Position numbers and translations under genes: made by a program. A model generated the notes under the pieces. It did no database searches. It was not told the origin of the DNA and saw nothing but the letters and a program-made list of their open reading frames with translations. Shown here in pieces: positions 55,823 through 64,000 of a stretch of 64,000 bases of DNA. The number at the start of each line of letters is the position of its first letter. Within the stretch, counting starts at the first letter, position 1. The stretch comes from a virus, in the IMG/VR virus record IMGVR_UViG_3300028920_000054, positions 26,362-90,361 of that record; one strand, 5' to 3'.

Positions 55823-55999
55823 TCACGCCACCAAAGGATCACAGCTTTCCTCAATCGAACCTTTCAGGTCTTTTTGTGGTCGGATATACCCATCCTGGCG
55901 AAGTTTTTCCATTGCTTCGTAGTTTGAAACTATCCTTTTTAGTCTCTCGTTTTCCTGTTTTAGCTTTGAAATTTCTCTTGTCCATCCATTTTCTATCAT
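55823..55999 (-). CDS. 58-aa coiled-coil protein (not in the ORF track)
   Basis: Hand translation MIENGWTREISKLKQENERLKRIVSNYEAMEKLRQDGY...; AGGGGG RBS. Confidence 0.5.
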   Translation of the reverse strand: MIENGWTREISKLKQENERLKRIVSNYEAMEKLRQDGYIRPQKDLKGSIEESCDPLVA

Positions 56000-56276
56000 T
56001 TTAGCCCCCTTTTGGTCATTTTTTATAAAATCTACAATTTTTTATATTCAATCTTTACGGTAGCTTAGTCAACTTCGCCAACAAGGGATATATCGGTTAA
56101 AAATATCAATGTTTTGGTCATTTAATGACCGGCGGTCAGCGTTCTTTGATCTTCCTGCCACGGTATTTTATTCGCATATCTCCGCCTGACTTTGTTAGAA
56201 ATTCCCGTCCGTCCTTTGCTATGAATTTTATAATCATTTTTAATCCCCTTTCTTTTGGTTTCTTCTTGCCATAGAT

Positions 56277-56462
56277 TTATTTTCCTATTACCTTAAAGTT
56301 TCCCACCTTGTTGCCGTTGCTGTCATACAAAAACCTTTCCCTTATATTGCTTTGTGCAATGTGCTCCACGGCATCTACCAGTATATCCTGTAGCTCGTCT
56401 GCGTTTTCTTGAAACGCTGAATTATCTGTTTTGATATTAATAACTATTTTCATGGTCTTCAT
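56277..56462 (-). CDS. hypothetical conserved phage protein
   Basis: I.TDN.AF, L.D.NGNKVG. Confidence 0.6.
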   Translation of the reverse strand: MKTMKIVINIKTDNSAFQENADELQDILVDAVEHIAQSNIRERFLYDSNGNKVGNFKVIGK

Positions 56463-56539
56463 TCTCCTTTCTTAGTAAATCGCTTCAATGTGGTTGACAA
56501 TAATATTTTTCACTGGTTGACGATTGATTGACGATTTTT

Positions 56540-56800
56540 TTATTGTAATCTACCAACCTGTTCACCGCTGAAAAGTTCCTCTTTTGCCTCGATCGCAATG
56601 TCCCTTGCCTGGTTTGCGAGCTTTTCTGTCAATCTTAATCCGGTTATTTCTCCTGAACACATCAACCCTGCAAGCGTAAACAGAATACAGGCTATTGGCC
56701 CAAGTCCAAGATTTTCCGATTCTTGAGCGCAACTTACAATTGATTCGTGTAGCTGGTCAAAGCTCTTTGCTTGTGCTTCTGTAATTTTTTGTTCGTCCAT
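56540..56800 (-). CDS. hypothetical protein
   Basis: AGGAG RBS. Confidence 0.45.
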   Translation of the reverse strand: MDEQKITEAQAKSFDQLHESIVSCAQESENLGLGPIACILFTLAGLMCSGEITGLRLTEKLANQARDIAIEAKEELFSGEQVGRLQ

Positions 56801-56978
56801 TATCTTAATCTCCTTTCCATAGGTTTATTTTTCAATCTTAACATTTCCACCTTTAATAAAATCCGACCCGCCATAAACATCTGCCATGCTATAGTGTTGT
56901 AAAACATCGGCAGTTATTCTGATATAATCATACTTACCTTCATTCAACGGCAATGTCATATTCCTATATGTTACCCTT

Positions 56979-57293
56979 TCAAACATAGTTCCCGATCCCT
57001 GGAAGGTTTTTCAGGTTCATATCTATGCAAACATATTCTTTGCATAAATCCTCAATCTGGTCTTCATCGTAATCAGGCCAATTTTCTTGAACATCCTTTA
57101 TGAGATAATCTTCAAGCTCGCATATATAGTCAAGATTATATTCATAAAGGTCTGAAGTGTAATCGTCCATACCATTTTCAAGAATCTTGACAAGTGAATC
57201 TTTATCAAAATCATTGCCCCAGTCAACTTGTGGTTGGTGGTTTTCTATATATGCAATAATTTCTTTTTCTACTTTTTGGGTTAGCTTTTTCAT
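56979..57293 (-). CDS. acidic hypothetical protein
   Basis: D/E/Y-rich; RBS present. Confidence 0.5.
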   Translation of the reverse strand: MKKLTQKVEKEIIAYIENHQPQVDWGNDFDKDSLVKILENGMDDYTSDLYEYNLDYICELEDYLIKDVQENWPDYDEDQIEDLCKEYVCIDMNLKNLPGIGNYV

Positions 57294-57331
57294 TTTGCAC
57301 CCCTTTCATTTTCACCCGTTCTTAATCTGTT

Positions 57332-57610
57332 TTAGCTGAACTTCAACCAATCTTTCACGCTATCAATATCACGAAAATCTTTATCAATCAATGACCTTAT
57401 TTTGCAGGTGTCCTGATCCAATTCGTTTATTTTCCAGACAAGTTTCTTGTCTTGTCCAAACATATCACTCCATCTATAAGTTGACCTCACCAAAAACGCA
57501 TTGCCCGTTGCTTTCCCATGTAATACCCGGTAATCTACATCTCCAAAAAACTTTTTATTCTTTCTTGAAAACCAATCCTGCTGTGCTTCCTTTACTTGCG
57601 AAAGTTTCAT
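57332..57610 (-). CDS. hypothetical protein
   Basis: WF.....KFFGD motif; AGGAGGTG RBS. Confidence 0.55.
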   Translation of the reverse strand: MKLSQVKEAQQDWFSRKNKKFFGDVDYRVLHGKATGNAFLVRSTYRWSDMFGQDKKLVWKINELDQDTCKIRSLIDKDFRDIDSVKDWLKFS

Positions 57611-58336
57611 TTTGACACCTCCTAAAAAATAAATCCTGGTTAGAAAATTAACTACATTCTTTCATGTAACCGCAAAGCCAGCCTCTCACCCAGTAAATAT
57701 GGCTGAGCGAATAGTAACTGTAGGGACTTTGCGCCTCTGTCCGGTGGTTAATCCATGCCTGTAATCCTTCGTTCATTATCATTAATCTTTTCATTGTCTT
57801 TTTCTCCTTTCCATAGGTTCTTTTTATTCTGGCAATCCTAGTTTTTTCCAATGAACCAACAGTCCCAACAGACGTGACCCGGCGACTTGGGGTTTAACTT
57901 CCGCATGTATTCAATTTGTTCTTTCATTGCTCGCATTGAATTAATACCGGAGTCCGTCAAGTGCCGTTGTTCCTTTTTGGTCAATACCTTTTTCGCTAAT
58001 TTTGTTCTTATCATTTTATCACCTCTTTTTATTTGATGTTAGCATAATTCAAAATGTTAATCAATGACTAAAAATCACTTAATGCCATCAACAATATCTC
58101 CGCAAGCGATCCATTATCTAGTCAAACATCTTTTGGCCCCTATCCATTGTTACACCCTCCAGATTGCAAAGCCATTCGGCATTCTATTTAGTCCTGCACT
58201 TTCCTTGAATCGGTCTATTGCATCACGCTTGTTTATTCCGTATGCATCCATAGCATACACCCAACCAGGAACGCGTATCATATAATGCTTCATTGTCGTA
58301 CCTCCCCCGAAAAAGAAAACTATGGTTAGAAAATCT

Positions 58337-58648
58337 TTAAATATAACCTAATACCAAAAGCCATGATGGCGATCCGTCAGACCCGTAACCGTCGGGCTCG
58401 CACCACTTCCCCGTTATACTTTCGCACCCGCAGTCGCTTGACCAGCGTTCAAGCGTTTCGACACTTGGTTCTTTTGAAAATCCGGTTAACATATTACTTC
58501 CTTTGTGTGCCCTTGTTTTAAAAGTTTCACCCTTGACTGTCACCTCTAAGTAATGAGAAAAACCCTTCTGGATAAAGTTGACGCTTGCCTTTTCACCTTT
58601 GCGAAACTCCCTGCCATCTTTTAACTTAACGTCTCTTTTTAGTTTCAT
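58337..58648 (-). CDS. hypothetical conserved phage protein
   Basis: PS.ETLE.W..D..C....G...EPDG....G.PSWLL.LG.I. Confidence 0.65.
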   Translation of the reverse strand: MKLKRDVKLKDGREFRKGEKASVNFIQKGFSHYLEVTVKGETFKTRAHKGSNMLTGFSKEPSVETLERWSSDCGCESITGKWCEPDGYGSDGSPSWLLVLGYI

Positions 58649-58755
58649 AATACCACCTCACTTTTTAGTTTTTTAATCTATTAATCTATAATCTATTGAC
58701 CCCGGCGATTATAGACTTAATTACTTGCCCACATAGGAAAATAATTACCTTGTGG

Positions 58756-59565
58756 TTAGAAGGGAATCTCTGTTAGCAAATTGCCCTTCCATTGTTTACA
58801 CTCATCTTTAAAATACCTATCATAACATTCCGTACATATACCGTCTTTCATACCTTCTTTATGCACTATAACACCGCAAACATTGCATTCTATATACTCT
58901 TCCGGATCGTCAATCAATGTATCATAATATGGCTCGTTATAGCTGTAATAGTCTTTTTTATTGCCCTTCGAAAATCCCTCCCAAAAGTTTCTGCGCTCTA
59001 TTTTATAGGTTGAATTTGAAAACAATATAGCCCCATCTTTTACCCAGTTACCAAAAGTTATTACGTCTCCGTCTCCGTTCAAAATTACAACCCTGTTACC
59101 TTCAAGGGCCATGTCTAACAAGTTTAAAACCCTAATACTACAAAGTTCATCAAAAGAAAACCGTGACAATGTATCTCTAATAAACTCCATTGTATCAGAA
59201 ATAAACTTGTCTCCAAGTCCCTGAAAAATACCGTTATGCGCTAGCCCGGTATCGCATGATATTTCTAAACTTTGTAAATCAGTTACAGAATTTGACAAAG
59301 GAAAGGGATGAGAATTGCCCGGCTTTATTATGCCACTTGTGGCGATTCTAAAGTGGTACACAATGGGAGTATTTTTTATGTCTTTGACATTCTCGTTAAT
59401 TGATTTTCTCAAAGCCCTAACACCTGAAAATCCTTTTCTGATATGTACCTGGTTATTTTCTGCATACATATAACCACAATAATCTGGATTATTGGCGAAA
59501 CAGTTCTTTAATATGGTTTTTGACGGTTGTTCAATCCCTATCGGTTTATAAGCAATTATACACAT
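58756..59565 (-). CDS. class II (Ntn) glutamine amidotransferase
   Basis: N-terminal MC, N.D..G, HFR.AT.G, HPF, HNG, SDT. Confidence 0.88.
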   Translation of the reverse strand: MCIIAYKPIGIEQPSKTILKNCFANNPDYCGYMYAENNQVHIRKGFSGVRALRKSINENVKDIKNTPIVYHFRIATSGIIKPGNSHPFPLSNSVTDLQSLEISCDTGLAHNGIFQGLGDKFISDTMEFIRDTLSRFSFDELCSIRVLNLLDMALEGNRVVILNGDGDVITFGNWVKDGAILFSNSTYKIERRNFWEGFSKGNKKDYYSYNEPYYDTLIDDPEEYIECNVCGVIVHKEGMKDGICTECYDRYFKDECKQWKGNLLTEIPF

Positions 59566-59566
59566 A

Positions 59567-60832
59567 TTATAAATTCCTCTCTTTCATATATGTTTTAAGT
59601 TCTTTATTTCCTTTGATGCAATAATCTTTTAAGTCATTCCAAGAAACCCTGGAGCACTCACTAACGGAATGAGATACACAATACCGTACTATGCTATCAG
59701 TTAGCTGAAAAGTAGCTATTAGGGTATTATACTTTAAAGTGCCTTTCCACAGTCTAAATTCTGTAGTTTCATAACCGGAGATATTAACAGCATAATATCG
59801 GCCCGCTTGTTTCTCATAATTCAATCCGTTAATGGTTTTAACATTATTGTTTTTTTGACAATACCCTATATTGTCACGCCGTGAAAAGTTGTAAAGTTCA
59901 GTCCAAAATCGTTCAAAGATTTTCAAAATTTTGAGTTGTGAGATGCAAATTCCGGTTTGAGATTTACCTAAAAAAGAGTTATTGACGTGAATATGTAATC
60001 CACAAGTTGAAACATTGTGTGAAAGGCACCCGTCATTGACAAGTTGCTTTAAAAGTGCCTCCCATTGATACTCTTTTTTGTGATATTCAAGGGTGAAGGG
60101 TTGAGTTACAATCTCAAAGCCATTATTGAGCGATCCATCATCTTTAAATTCAGTTGAATCGTGAACTATGCCAATGGAGTTTTCAGCAGTTTCTCCCCGA
60201 TCGTTATTTCGGCACTCAACTTCCAACTCAACGCCCAGAAACAAAAGTTTGTCGGAATTGCAATGCCTATAAACAGGAGTATCGCCTCGCATTGATGCGA
60301 AAATATGCGCTAATGTCCTATCATAGCGGCCAATTGAACCTTGATTTTCAGGATAGCAATTTTCACAATAATAACAATCGTCATATTCACAATACATTAT
60401 ATAGTCATTGTTTATTGCCTCCCCGCATTGCTCGCAGTATGTAAAGTTCTCGCAAAAGCATTCCTCGCAATAACGTGAATCATAAACTGTTGTCATATAA
60501 TCACAATGATATATTTCATTGCAATCCTCACACATAAAATAGTTTCTATTATAGCAATCCTCGCAGATTATATCGCCTCCCTCGGTTGTATATGTTTCAT
60601 CGGTTGACACTCGTTCCCCACAGTCAGAGCATTCGACAAGGTTTTCATCGATGCAGTCTTGACATAAGGATCGACCATCAATTACTTGTAATTCATTTTC
60701 AAGGTAATAGTCTCCGCACTCCTCACAACTATTATATTGAGTTAATAGGCAATTTAGACATACTGTTCCATCATTAGTTTCATACCCTTTCATTCCTTCT
60801 AAAAACTCCTGGTTACAGTTTATGCACTTCAT
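59567..60832 (-). CDS. COOH-NH2 amidoligase with N-terminal CxxC repeat array
   Basis: GVELEVE, DGSL..GFE.VT.P, CGLHIH, RY..VN, EFR; many CxxC units in the first ~160 aa. Confidence 0.85.
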   Translation of the reverse strand: MKCINCNQEFLEGMKGYETNDGTVCLNCLLTQYNSCEECGDYYLENELQVIDGRSLCQDCIDENLVECSDCGERVSTDETYTTEGGDIICEDCYNRNYFMCEDCNEIYHCDYMTTVYDSRYCEECFCENFTYCEQCGEAINNDYIMYCEYDDCYYCENCYPENQGSIGRYDRTLAHIFASMRGDTPVYRHCNSDKLLFLGVELEVECRNNDRGETAENSIGIVHDSTEFKDDGSLNNGFEIVTQPFTLEYHKKEYQWEALLKQLVNDGCLSHNVSTCGLHIHVNNSFLGKSQTGICISQLKILKIFERFWTELYNFSRRDNIGYCQKNNNVKTINGLNYEKQAGRYYAVNISGYETTEFRLWKGTLKYNTLIATFQLTDSIVRYCVSHSVSECSRVSWNDLKDYCIKGNKELKTYMKERNL

Positions 60833-60861
60833 TGTACGCCTCCTTGAAAATAATTTTTTGA

Positions 60862-61050
60862 TTAAACTGATATCATTCGCCTCAATTGATTACCCGTAAT
60901 TTTTCGGTATGAAGTTTGATAGTACTTTTCACTATTCTTTATAAGCCTTATATACCTTCGGTCCGCTTGGCTTTTATAGTGTCGCTCCTTTGAGATATCA
61001 CCCTTCATGGCCGCTTTAAATTCTTTTCGGTTTTTTTGTGATAGGTACAT
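60862..61050 (-). CDS. small basic protein
   Basis: AGGAGG RBS. Confidence 0.45.
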   Translation of the reverse strand: MYLSQKNRKEFKAAMKGDISKERHYKSQADRRYIRLIKNSEKYYQTSYRKITGNQLRRMISV

Positions 61051-61203
61051 GATGCCTCCTGATTAAGTTCGGTTATTCTTTTGTTCCATGCCATAGGTGA
61101 AAGTGTCCCTCCGCTGGCCCTATATGCTAGGTATGTTCCCGATAATACCCAGCTACCGTTTTTCCTTTTTCTGTTTAACTTCGTCATGTCATACGCTTCC
61201 TGT

Positions 61204-61533
61204 TTAAAAAGTTTCATTAAGTAGGTGTTGAACGCAACCCCAAAAGACAACAACACCTCCGCGCCCGTCCATATCGTTTAATACCCTCTCAATTGATTCT
61301 CCTATAAGTTCGTACTCGTCACAACACAGAGAAGTTGCCACTTCTTTTCTTAGTTCTTCTTTTGTCATAGCGTTCACCTCTTTTTCGCTCCACAGTGAAC
61401 AGGTAGTTTCACCTTGGAAAAAATGTGGCCCGTATGCATTAGTACATCCGGTTAGTTTGCGATTATTGATTCCACGAGTGCCGTCAAGGCTGGCGTCAAA
61501 AAACTTACAAGATGTGCATTCTTTTTTGTTCAT
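61204..61533 (-). CDS. hypothetical Cys-containing protein, first gene after the promoter cluster
   Basis: GGGAGG RBS; CTSCKF; may be two fused genes (internal GAGGTG..ATG). Confidence 0.5.
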   Translation of the reverse strand: MNKKECTSCKFFDASLDGTRGINNRKLTGCTNAYGPHFFQGETTCSLWSEKEVNAMTKEELRKEVATSLCCDEYELIGESIERVLNDMDGRGGVVVFWGCVQHLLNETF

Positions 61534-61556
61534 GCTTCTTGCCTCCCTTTGTTTTT

Positions 61557-61585
61557 ATTATAATGTATTGCATACACTATGCCAA
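61557..61585 (-). promoter_or_regulatory. overlapping sigma-54 (-24/-12) and sigma-70 promoter
   Basis: TGGCATAGTGTATGCA (GG-N10-GC) within TTGGCA-17-TATAAT. Confidence 0.65.
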
Positions 61586-61757
61586 AAACACAAACCACAA
61601 CAAATTCATGCAGTTACACAAAAGCGCAAAGGCACAAGGTTTTCCGGTATAGGCTATTACTTAGGCTAAAAACAGACAAATTCTTTTAAGTTGTTAATTT
61701 GATTAATAAACAAGGTTGGTTATATTTGACCAATGCCCGGCTATTTCTAGCCACACA

Positions 61758-61773
61758 AGCACAAACCGTGCCA
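61758..61773 (-). promoter_or_regulatory. sigma-54-type promoter
   Basis: TGGCACGGTTTGTGCT. Confidence 0.65.
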
Positions 61774-61814
61774 AGCTTTGCAGAAAATAAATTTATTTTT
61801 TTATTTGACAGAAA

Positions 61815-61830
61815 TGGCATGATTATTGCT
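61815..61830 (+). promoter_or_regulatory. sigma-54-type promoter
   Basis: TGGCATGATTATTGCT. Confidence 0.65.
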
Positions 61831-61837
61831 TGGTGCT

Positions 61838-61988
61838 GAAGGTACGATACATGCGGAAGGCTGGGAACTACCGGAAGGTCAAGAAGGTACGGTAGATGCT
61901 GAACATACGGAAGGTAAGGGAGGTGCGCACCATGCGGAAGGTGGGGAAGGGGGGGTAGGTACGAAAGGTTCGGAAGGTGGGGAAGGTG
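61838..61988 (+). repeat. 9-bp-periodic purine-rich GAAGGT repeat
   Basis: GAAGG-like cores start at 61838, 61856, 61874, 61883, 61910, 61919, 61937, 61946, 61955, 61964, 61973, 61982; all spacings are multiples of 9. Confidence 0.8.
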
Positions 61989-62213
61989 GCCTCCCCCCAA
62001 TATTTTATTTACAATATACGATTTTGTTGTTGTTTCCCCTGTTTAAATGTGTGGGAGCGACACATATTGTTTATAGGCGTGCCGACTTATAATGGCACGA
62101 TATAAGGAAGGTGTTGGGAGGATTTTGAATTCAGGGAAAAGGTTGGTGTAAAAATATTTTGTGGGTACTATAGGGTTTTGTTAAGAATCCATCCAAAGGA
62201 TTTCACCATGGGT

Positions 62214-63164
62214 TTACCTGCATACTATTTCTTCTATTTGTTTAAGTGTTTCAGTTTTTTCAAACTCAGCCATGGCATGTATTTCTTCGCTGTATTCAAA
62301 ATCTTCAGGTATTGCTTCTGCGAGTTCGTGCAGTTCCTGTTTGCTGTTTATTATAAAGTCGCTGCTTATTGGATATTTGGACAGTCTTATTGTGTTGCAG
62401 CACGATTCGTCAAAAACACATGGAACGCTGAAACTCAGTGCTTCGTAAAACCTGTTGGCTAGATAGTTATAGTTGCTATGGGTGGTTACGTCTTCTAGGT
62501 ATAGGGATGCCTTGAAGTTGTCGATTCTTCTTTTCTTGCCGCTCCACTGCAATGCACCAACAAAAGATGCGTCCAATCCTGCTGCCCTATATTTTTCAGT
62601 GTTCTTTCTCGACGTGGACACGTAAATTCTTTTATCGAAATACTTTTCAAAATAAACGGCTCTGTCTTTTCTGAATGTTCCATAGTATATTATACCGCTT
62701 TTCTTTGGTTCAAAAAGCTCGACAATTTTAGGTATTTTTTTATATATGAGAGAATTAAGATTTACGTTATTCCACTTTGATATTGAATCTTTACTCAAGA
62801 TAAATGGTGGCATTATGCTTTGTGGATAGTTGGCAATTACTTCATATTCAACCCCATTGTTTTTACAAAGAGAATAAAGTGTAACGGGGTCTCCTAAATT
62901 GTATTCGTTTGTTATATAAAAATATTTTGGATTGCCTACTGTTGACAGGTATTCAAGCAACTTTTTGACTTGGACATATCCGCTTGTGTGTACGAATACA
63001 ACTGCATCATATTTATTTCCTGAAAATTCTTCTGTTTGAGTTTCTTCGTCATACATTAAATCAGCGTTAAGATACTGCGATAAGACAAGACTATTCCTAG
63101 CGTGTACGTTTGTTGTTCCTTCGTGTATCTTCGTTCCGTGGGGGTCTATGATTAATATTTTCAT
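62214..63164 (-). CDS. GT-B glycosyltransferase resembling T4 DNA beta-glucosyltransferase
   Basis: IIYYGTFRKDR...YF and ASL..ED....N....RFYEAL....FD parallel BGT motifs recalled from memory. Confidence 0.6.
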   Translation of the reverse strand: MKILIIDPHGTKIHEGTTNVHARNSLVLSQYLNADLMYDEETQTEEFSGNKYDAVVFVHTSGYVQVKKLLEYLSTVGNPKYFYITNEYNLGDPVTLYSLCKNNGVEYEVIANYPQSIMPPFILSKDSISKWNNVNLNSLIYKKIPKIVELFEPKKSGIIYYGTFRKDRAVYFEKYFDKRIYVSTSRKNTEKYRAAGLDASFVGALQWSGKKRRIDNFKASLYLEDVTTHSNYNYLANRFYEALSFSVPCVFDESCCNTIRLSKYPISSDFIINSKQELHELAEAIPEDFEYSEEIHAMAEFEKTETLKQIEEIVCR

Positions 63165-63166
63165 TT

Positions 63167-63406
63167 TTATCTTTGCTCAGGCTGTTTTATTTCGGCCCAC
63201 ACCTTTAAATCTTTGTCGTCAAAATATTCTGTTTCAAAATAACAATCGTTCCATTCCCCAAAATACGGTTCAACCTGTGGTACGGCAACACACCATTGCT
63301 TTTGTACTTCATTCCACATAGCCATTAACGGCGTTGGATAATTGTTGAAAACTGCCAAAATCATAGTTCCGTCTTTTGGTGCTTTTTGGTCTGTCCAATT
63401 AATCAT
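63167..63406 (-). CDS. DUF551-like small protein
   Basis: W....APKDGT.IL. Confidence 0.6.
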   Translation of the reverse strand: MINWTDQKAPKDGTMILAVFNNYPTPLMAMWNEVQKQWCVAVPQVEPYFGEWNDCYFETEYFDDKDLKVWAEIKQPEQR

Positions 63407-63431
63407 ATCGCTTCCACCTTTCTTTTCTTAC

Positions 63432-63460
63432 ACATTACCACACTTCTTGCGAAAAGTCAA
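63432..63460 (-). promoter_or_regulatory. sigma-70-type promoter
   Basis: TTGACT-17-TAATGT with extended TG. Confidence 0.7.
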
Positions 63461-63696
63461 GAAGTTTTCTTGCTTTCTTCAGATTCGGCAATGTTTAACC
63501 CCATATACGTAACACCGGCTTCAAGAATCTTATCTTCAATTATAACCGCTGATGCTATTACTTTTGCACTATTGCCCTTTATGCCAGAAACAGCCAATCC
63601 TTTAAAAAAGCCACGTGCGTATGAAATGGATTCTAGTTCGTCTATACCTTTGAATCGGTCTTTGATAACTTCTCTTACAACATCTAATTCTTTCAT
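63457..63696 (-). CDS. hypothetical protein
   Basis: GAGGG RBS. Confidence 0.45.
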   Translation of the reverse strand: MKELDVVREVIKDRFKGIDELESISYARGFFKGLAVSGIKGNSAKVIASAVIIEDKILEAGVTYMGLNIAESEESKKTS

Positions 63697-63780
63697 TTTA
63701 CCCTCGGATACCTTGCCCTCAGGACAAGGTTAATAACATCGGTTTCACCGCAAATTGTCTGACTGTGTATGCCAAGCAGC

Positions 63781-63809
63781 TTGACAAAATACGATAGCTA
63801 GTGTACGCT
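63781..63809 (+). promoter_or_regulatory. sigma-70-type promoter upstream of the TnpB-like gene
   Basis: TTGACA-17-TACGCT; shares 27 bp with 8104-8130. Confidence 0.65.
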
Positions 63810-63832
63810 ATTGTATATAATTTGGTTAATAT

Positions 63833-64000
63833 ATGAAACTCATAAGAACTGTAAAACTTAAACTTGATATTCAGGTAGAAACCATTCAACCAACCGTTGA
63901 TGCTTATACACGTGCATTTAATTTTGTGTGTCAACAAGGTTGGAATGATAGTGATTCTAATGGAGTATCTTTGCACAATAAAACCTATTTTACCACTAGA
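63833..64000 (+). CDS. tnpB: TnpB/Cas12f-like RNA-guided nuclease family protein, N-terminus only (truncated by the window)
   Basis: Hand translation MKLIRTVKLKLDIQVETIQPTVDAYTRAFNFVCQQGWNDSDSNGVSLHNKTYFTTR; RTVKLKL...Y..A.N...LH..TY pattern of TnpB N-termini; RuvC not visible. Confidence 0.7.
   Translation, partial: MKLIRTVKLKLDIQVETIQPTVDAYTRAFNFVCQQGWNDSDSNGVSLHNKTYFTTR

Larger units (their letters stand above)
52052..58762 (-). repeat. dispersed ~18-bp motif family (minus-strand consensus TTCTAACCAYRGGKTTT), about 9 copies
   Basis: Copies near 52052, 52555, 53865, 54683, 55175, 55558, 57631, 58316 and 58746. Confidence 0.75.

Noticed and set aside
56126-58710. TGACC(C)GGCG look-alikes near 56126, 57876 and 58697
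   Set aside because: Only three short, variable copies in inconsistent contexts; cannot be told from chance
61805-61833. Sigma-70 promoter from TTGACA at 61805
   Set aside because: No acceptable -10 box at 16-18 bp spacing
61686-62092. ORFs 61686-62000 (-) and 61826-62092 (+) as real genes
   Set aside because: No clear RBS; they stay open mainly because of the 9-bp repeat; kept only as an alternative in the repeat finding
62093-62110. Fourth sigma-54 motif TGGCACGATATAAGG
   Set aside because: Has the -24 element but lacks GC at -12
43802-63733. Short plus-strand ORFs in the leftward arm
   Set aside because: Antisense to RBS-bearing minus-strand genes with no recognisable motifs
1-64000. 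CRISPR array, reverse transcriptase/DGR or retron
   Set aside because: No regularly spaced identical repeats with unique spacers and no RT motifs were seen by eye
1-64000. Alternative genetic code
   Set aside because: Recognisable genes are full length under the standard code and end in TAA, TAG or TGA with tight coupling

Overview
The whole window reads as part of a tailed dsDNA phage genome, probably a non-contractile-tailed siphovirus type. No host housekeeping genes, terminase, portal or integrase are visible. 1-8.1 kb (+): a sugar-nucleotide/glycan cluster (PIG-L deacetylase, methyltransferase, atypical radical SAM, DegT aminotransferase, sulfotransferase-like, gmd, fcl, GT10 fucosyltransferase). 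8.1-38.1 kb (+): virion and lysis genes (scaffold, major capsid, HNH, lysozyme, a 14-aa-repeat fibre, neck proteins, GT2-TPR, Com-like regulator, tail tube, -1 frameshifted tail chaperone, tape measure, tail tip). 38.2-42.8 kb (+): nucleotide/RNA metabolism (HAD phosphatase, Thg1-like, metallophosphoesterase). 43-63.7 kb (-): many small early-type genes plus SLT, YqaJ/ERF recombination, SpoU, ArdA-like, PRTase, a GATase/amidoligase pair and a BGT-like glycosyltransferase. The window ends in the N-terminus of a TnpB-like gene. The most notable signals are: (1) an integrase-less integron-type cassette array with a canonical attC at 43.0-43.5 kb; (2) an exact 27-bp TTGAC+20-nt repeat shared by the TnpB promoter and the virion-operon promoter; (3) a GDP-fucose/glycosyltransferase set linked to structural genes; (4) a nine-copy motif placed just after early-gene stop codons; (5) a cluster of sigma-54 promoters next to a strict 9-bp-periodic repeat. 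All family assignments come from motifs recognised by eye; no database search was run.
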